Origin: Eledone cirrhosa
Taxonomy: Eukaryota
Length of the DNA stretch: 64,000 nt
Direction of reading: 5' to 3'
Assembly (NCBI GenBank): GCA_964016885.1
Contig: OZ024743.1
Coordinates: 322,214,001 to 322,278,000, forward strand
Shown: one piece after another, positions 57,201-64,000 of the stretch
Numbering within the stretch: position 1 is the first letter of the stretch
Layout: the number at the start of each line of letters is the position of its first letter
Program-made: the position numbers and the translations under genes
The notes under the pieces: generated by a model
Databases searched by the model: none
Told to the model about the DNA's origin: nothing
Seen by the model: only the letters and a program-made list of their open reading frames with translations

Positions 57201-60200
57201 TTACCCACAGGATCTGGGTCCTTAACTAGGAGCTAGAGTAAAAGACAATTACCCACCTCAATCTGGGTCCTTAACTTGGAGATATAGTAAAAGACACTAA
57301 CCCACCTCGATTTGGGTCGTTAACTTGGAGCTATATTAAAACACACTTACCCACCTAGGTCTGGGTCCTTAACTTGAACCTACAGTAAAACACACTTACC
57401 CACCTCGATCTGGGTCCTTAACTTGGAGCTAGAGTAAAACCACTTACCCCCCTCTGTCTGTTTCCTTAACTTGGAACTACATTAAAAGACACTTACCCAC
57501 CTCTATCTGGGTCCTGAACTTGGAGCTACAGTAAAACACACTTACCCACCTAGATCTGGGTCCTTAACTTGGAACTACAGCAAAACACGCTTACCCACCT
57601 GATCTGGTTCCTTAACTTGAAGCTTCAGTAAAACACACTTACCCACATTGACCTGGGTCCTTAATTTCGAGCTAGAGTAAAACACACTTACCCACCTAGA
57701 TCTGGGTCATTAATTGGCGCTACAGTAATACATACTTACCCACCAGATCTGTTTCCTTAACTTGGAGCTACAATAAAACACACTTACATTCCTCGATCTC
57801 GGTCCTTATCTTGCAGCTACAATAAAACACACTTACCCACCTCGATCTGGCTCCTTAACTTGGAGCTACAGTAAAAGACACCTACCCACCTTGATCTGGG
57901 TCCTTAACTTGGAGCTACAGTAAAAGACACTTACCCACCTTGATCTGGGTCCTTAATTTGGAGCTACAGTAAAAGACACTGACCCACATTAATCTGGGTC
58001 CTTAACTTAGAGCTACAGTAAACCACACTTAGCCTCCTCGATCTGAGTCCTGAACTTGGAGCTAGAGTAAAAGACACTTACCCACCTCGATCTGGTTCCT
58101 TAACTTGGAACTACATTAAAAGACACTTACCCACCTCTATCTGGGTCCTGAACTTGGAGCTACAGTAAAACACACTTACCCACCTCGATCTGGGTCCTTA
58201 ACTTGGAGCTACAGTAAAACACACTTACACACCTCGATCTGGGTCCTTATCTTGGAGGTACAGTAAGAGACACTTAACCACCTAGATCTGGGTCCTTAAC
58301 TTGGAACTACAGTAAAACACACTTACCCACCTGATCTGGGTCCTTAACTTGAAGCTTCAGTAAAACACACGTACCCACCTTGACCTGGGTCCTTAATTTC
58401 GAGCTAGAGTAAAACACACTTACCCACCTAGATCTGGGTCCTTAATTGGCGCTACAGTAATACATACTTACCCACCAGATCTGGGTCCTTAACTTAGAGC
58501 TACAGTAAAAGACACTTAACCACCTCGATCTGGTTCCTTAACTTGGAGCTACAATAAAACACACTTACATTCCTCGATCTCGGTCCTTAACTTGCAGCTA
58601 CAATAAAACACACTTACCCACCTCGATCTGGCTCCTTAACTTGGAGCTACAGTAAAAGACACTTACCCACCTTGATCTGGGTCCTTAACTTGGAGCTACA
58701 GTAAAAGACAATTACCCACCTTGATCTGGGTCATTAATTTGGAGCTACATAAAAGACACTTACCCACCTCGATCTGGGTCCTTAACTTGGAGCTACAGTA
58801 AAAGACTCTTACCCACCTTGAACTGGGTCCTTAACTTGGAGCTACAGTAAAAAACACTTACCCACCGTGATCTGGGTCCTTAATTTGGAGCTACAGTAAA
58901 AGACACTGACCCACATTAATCTGGGTCCTTAACTTAGAGCTACAGTAAACCACACTTAGCCTCCTCGATCTGAGACCTGAAGTTGGGGCTACGGTAAAAG
59001 ACACTTACCCACCTCGATCTGTGTCCTTAATTTGGAGCTACAATAAAACACAATACCCAGCTCCATCTGGGTCCTTAATTTGGAGGTACAGTAAGAGACA
59101 CTTAACCACCTCGATCTGGGTCCTTAACTTGTAGCTACAGTAAAAGACACTTACCCACCTCGATCTGGGTCCTTAAATGGGGCTACGGCAAAAGACACTT
59201 ACCCACCTCGATCTGGGTCCTTAACTTGGAACTACAGTAAAAGACACTTACCCACATCGAAATGGATCCTTAATTGGAACTACAGTAAAAGACACTTACC
59301 CACCTCGATCTGGGTCCTGAACTTGGAGCTACAGTAAAACACACTTACCCACCTCGATCTGGGTCCTTAACTGGGAGCTACAGTAAAACACACTTACCCA
59401 CCTCAATCTGGGTCCTTAACTTGGAGATATAGTAAAAGACACTTACCCACCTCGATTTTGGTCCTTAACTTGGAGCTATAGTAAAACACACTTACCCACC
59501 TACGTCTGGGTCCTTAACTTGGAGCTACAGTAAAACACACTTACCGACCTCGATCTGGGTCCTTAACTTGGAGCTAAATTAAAACATACTTACCGACCTC
59601 GATCTGGGTCCTTAACTTGCAGCTACAATAAAACACACTTACCCACCTCTATCTGGTTCCTGAACTTGGGGCTACGGTAAAAGACACTTACCCACATCGA
59701 TCTGGGTCCTTAACTTGGAACTACAGTAAAAGACACTTACCCACCTTTAACTGGGTCCTTAACTTGGAGCTACAATAAAAGACATTTACCCACCTTGATC
59801 TGGGTCCTTAACTTGGAGCTACAGTAAAACACACTTACCCACCTCGATCTCGGTCCTTAACTTGAAGCTACAGTAAAACACACTTACCCACTTTGATCTG
59901 GGTCCTTAACTTGGAGTTAGAGTAAAACACACTTACCCACCTCGATCTGGGTCATTAACTTGGAGCTACAGTAAAACATACTTACCCACCAGTTCTGGGT
60001 CCTTAACTTGGAACTACAGTAAAACACATTTACCCACCTCGTACTGGGTCCTTAGCTTGTAGCTACAGTAAACACACTTAACCACCTCGATCTGGGGTCT
60101 TAAATAGGAGCTACAGTAAAAGACACTTACCCACCTCGATCTGGGTCCTTAACTTGGAGCTAGATTAAAAGACACTTACCCACCTCAATCTGGGTCCTTA

Positions 60201-60999
60201 ACTTGGAGATATAGTAAAAGACACTTACCACCTCGATTTGGGTCCTTAACTTGGAGCTATAGTAAAACCCACTTACCCACCTCGAATTGGATCCTTAATT
60301 GGAGATACAGAAAAAGACATTTACCCACCTTGATCTGGGTCCTTAACTTGGAGCTACAGTAAAAGACACTTACCCACAGGATCTGGGTCCTTAACTAGGA
60401 GCTAGAGTAAAAGACACTTACCTACCTCGATTTGGGTCGTTAACTTGGAGCTATAGTAAAACACACTACCCACCTAGGTCTGGGTCCTTAACTTGAACCT
60501 ACAGTAAAACACACTTACCCACCTCGATCTGGGTCCTTAATTTGGAGCTAGAGTAAAACACACTTACCCACCTCGATCTGGTTCCTTAACTTGGAACTAC
60601 ATTAAAAGACACTTACCCACCTCTATCTGGGTCCTGAACTTGGAGCTACAGTAAAACACACTTACCCACCTCGATCTGGGTCCTTAACTTGGAGCTACAG
60701 TAAAACACACTTACACACCTCGATCTGGGTCCTAAACTTCGAGGTACAGTAAGAGACACGTAACCACCTCGATCTGGGTCCTTAATTTGGAGCTACAGTA
60801 AAACACACTTCCCCACCTCGATCTGGGTCCTTAACTTGAAGCTACAGTAAAACACACTTACCGACCTCGATCTGGGTCCTTAACTTGGAGCTAGAGTAAA
60901 ACACACTTACCCACCTTGATCTGGGATATTAACTTGGAGCTACAGTAATACATACCTACCCACCAGATCTGGGTCATTAACTTGGAGCTACAGTAAAAG

Positions 61000-63775
61000 A
61001 CACTTACCCACCTCGATCTGGGTCCTTAACTTGGAGCTACAGTAAAAGACACTTAGACACCTTGATCTGGGTCCTTTACTTGGAGCTACAGTAAAAGACA
61101 CTTACCCACCTCGATCTGAGTCCTTAACTTGGAGCTACAGTAAAAGATACTTACCCACCTCGAATTGTTTCCTTAACTTGGAGCTACAGTAAAAGACACT
61201 TACCCACCTAGATCTGGGTCCTTAACACAGAGCTACAGTAAAAGACACATACCCACCTCGATCTGGGTCCTTATCTTGGAGCTACAGTAAAACAAACTTA
61301 TCCACCTGTATCTGGGTCCTTAACTAGGAGCTACAGTAAAATACACTTACCCACCTCGATCTGGGTCCTTAATTTGGAGTTACAGTAAAAGACATTTACC
61401 CACCTCGATCTGTGGAGCTACAGTAAAAGACACTTACCCACCTCTATCTGGATCCTTAACTTGGAGCTACAGTAAAACACATTTACCCACCTCAATCTGG
61501 GTCATTAACTTGGAGCTACGATAAAACACAATACCCACCTCGATCTGGGTTCTTAACTTGGAACTACAGTAAAAGACACTTACCCACCTCGATCTGGGTC
61601 CTAAACTTGGAACTACAGTATAACACACTTACCCACCTCGATCTGGGTCCTTAACTAGGAGCTATAGAAAAACACACTTACCCACATGATCTGTTTCCTT
61701 AACTTGGAGCTACAGTAAAACACACTTACTCACCTCGATCTGCGTCCTTAATTTGGACCTATTGTAAAGACACTTACCCACCTCGATCTGGTTCCTTAAC
61801 TTGGGACTACAGTAAAATAGACTTACCCACCTTGATCTGGGTCGTTAACTGGGAGCTACAGTAAAACACACTTACCCACCTCTATCTGGGTCCTTAACTT
61901 GGAGCTAGAGTAAAACACACTTACCCACCTCGATCTGGGTCCTTAATTTGGAGCTACAGTAAAAGACACTTACCCACCTGGATCTGGGTCCTTAACTTGG
62001 AGCTAGAGTAAAAGACACTTACCCACCTTGATCTGGGTCCTTAATTTGGAGCTACAGTAAAAGACACTTACCCACCTCTATCTGGGTCCTTAATTTGGAG
62101 CTACAGTAAAAGACACTTACCCACCTCGATCTGGGTCCTTAAATTGGAGCTAGAGTAAAAGACTCTTACTCACCTCGAACTGGGTCCTTAACTTGGAGCT
62201 ACAGTAAAAAACACTTACCTACCGGGATCTGGGTCCTTAATTTGGAGCTACAGTAAAAGACACTGACCCACATCGATCTGGGTCCTTAACTTAGAGCTAC
62301 AGTAAAACGCACTTACCCACCTCGATTGGGTCCTTAACTTGGAGCTACAGTAAAACACACTTACCCACCTCGATCTGGGTCCTTAACTTGGAGCTACAGT
62401 AAAAGACACTTAGACACCTTGAGCTGGGTCCTTTACTTGGCGCTACAGTAAAAGACACTTACCCACCTCGATCTGAGTCCTTAACTTGGAGCTACACTAA
62501 AAGATACTTACCCACCTCGAATTGGTTCCTTAACTTGGAGCTACAGTAAAACAGGCTTACCCACCTCGATCTGGGTCCTAAACATGGAGTTACAGTAAAA
62601 GACACTTACCCACCTAGATCTGGGTCCTTAACATGGAGCTACAGTAAAATACACTTACCCACCTCGAAGTGGGTCCTTAACTTGGAGCTACAGTAAAACA
62701 CACTTACCCACCTCGATCTGGGTCCTTAACTTGGAGCTACAGGAAAACACACTTACACACCTCAATCTGGGTCCTTAACTTGGAGCTACAGTAAAAGACA
62801 CTTACCCAACTCGATCTGGGTCCTTAACTTGGAGCTACAGTAAAAGACACTTACCCACCTCGATCTGTGGAGTTACAGTAAAACATACTTACCCACCTCA
62901 ATCTGGGTCCTTAACCTGGAGCTAAAGTAAAAGACACTTACCCACCTCTATCTGGATCCTTAACTTGGAGCTACAGTAAAACACATTTACCCATCTAAAT
63001 CTGGGTCATTAACTTGGAGCTACGATAAAACACAATAGCCACCTCGATCTGGGTTCTTAACTGGGAACTACAATAAAAGACACTTACCCACCTCGATCTG
63101 GGTCCTAAACTTGGAACTACAGTATAACACACTTACCCACCTCGATCTGGGTCCTTAACTAGGAGCTATAGAAAAACACACTTACCCACATGATCTGTTT
63201 CCTTAATTTGGAGCTACAGTAAAACACACTTACTCACCTCGATCTGGGTCCTTAATTTGGACCTATTGTAAAGACACTTACCCACCTTGATCTGGGTCCT
63301 TAACTTGGGACTACAGTAAAATAGACTTACCCACCTTGATCTGGGTCCTTAACTGGGAGCTACAGTAAAACACACTTACCCACCTCTATCTGGGTCCTTA
63401 ACTTGGAGCTAGAGTAAAACACACTTACCCACCTCGATCTGGGTCCTTAATTTGGAGCTACAGTAAAAGACACTTACCCACCTGGATCTGGGTCCTTAAC
63501 TTGGAGCTAGAGTAAAAGACACTTACCCACCTCGATCTGGGTCCTTAATTTGGAGCTACAGTAAAAGACACTTACCCACCTCTATCTGGGTCCTTAATTT
63601 GGAGCTACAGTAAATGACACTTACCCACCTCGATCTGGGTCCTTAAATTGGAGCTAGAGTAAAAGACTCTTACTCACCTCGAACTGGGTCCTTAACTTGG
63701 AGCTACAGTAAAAAACACTTACCTACCGGGATCTGGGTCCTTAATTTGGAGCTACAGTAAAAGACACTTACCTAC
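61000..63775. repeat. More diverged tandem duplication, offset ~1.36-1.50 kb
   Basis: ACTTAGACACC 61051/62408 (+1357), an 11-bp-deleted monomer TGTGGAG 61411/62866 (+1455), ACCTATTGTA 61757/63261 and ACCGGGATC 62221/63725 (+1504). The offsets differ by multiples of 49. Confidence 0.8.
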
Positions 63776-64000
63776 CGGGATCTGGGTCCTTAACTTGGAG
63801 CTACAGTAAAAGACACTTACCCACCACGATCTGGGTCCTTAACTTGGAGATATAGTAAAAGACACTTACCCACCTCGATCTGGGTCCTTAACTTGGAGCT
63901 ACAGTAAAAGACACTTACCCACCACGATCTGGGTCCTTAACTTGGAGCTACAGTAAGAGACACTTAACCACCTCGATCTGGTTCCTTAACGTGGAGCTAC

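Larger units (their letters stand above)
1..64000. repeat. Tandem satellite/minisatellite array, 49-bp monomer, ~1,300 head-to-tail copies, running off both window ends
   Basis: GGAGCTACAG starts at 1 and again at 50. The same unit, with a few substitutions or small indels per copy, continues to base 64000 in one orientation; 64000/49 is about 1,306. Confidence 0.99.

Noticed and set aside
1-64000. CRISPR array or iteron-like prokaryotic repeat
   Set aside because: There are no unique spacers, leader or cas/rep genes; every part of the unit is repeated.
1-64000. Telomeric repeat or G-quadruplex array (GGTGGGTAAGTGTG / TTACCC)
   Set aside because: There is only one GGG per strand per 49 bp and no short-period telomere unit. 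Variants are inherited in duplicated blocks rather than templated uniformly.
1-64000. Giant repeat protein encoded by the array, spliced or unspliced
   Set aside because: 49 is not a multiple of 3, and the consensus has stops on both strands (TAA, TAG). Joined 29-nt or 25-nt exons also cycle into the TAA-containing frame.
1-64000. tRNA, 5S, spliced-leader or snRNA tandem gene array; transposon insertion at the many TTAA sites
   Set aside because: The unit is too short and lacks a cloverleaf, A/B boxes or any RNA sequence I recognise. No non-satellite insert, terminal inverted repeat or strand switch was seen.
1-64000. Assignment to a named satellite family or species
   Set aside because: I do not recognise the consensus, and period alone is not diagnostic. 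A BLASTN/Dfam/Repbase search with a consensus dimer is needed.

Overview
The whole 64 kb window is one uninterrupted, single-orientation tandem array of a 49-bp monomer, about 1,300 copies. The + strand consensus is GGAGCTACAGTAAAA[C/G]ACACTTACCCACCTCGATCTGGGTCCTTAACTT (~47% GC). It looks like eukaryotic satellite or giant minisatellite DNA; I cannot assign it to a named family or organism. I saw no unique sequence, gene, RNA gene, transposon, inversion or CRISPR spacer. The five ORFs supplied are by-products of the repeat, mostly runs of 48-bp deletion monomers. The structure lies in the variants: at least six multi-monomer tandem duplications (1.2-4.0 kb, several nested), older ordered monomer cassettes shared across the window, a hypervariable single CpG, and region-specific variants. 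The most unusual feature is the monomer itself. On the - strand each copy reads as a consensus splice donor (GG|GTAAGT) followed by an acceptor-like TTTTACTGTAG|. On the + strand each copy carries an AGTAAA or AATAAA poly(A)-signal-like hexamer. Offsets were read by eye from diagnostic variants, and block boundaries are approximate (about one monomer).
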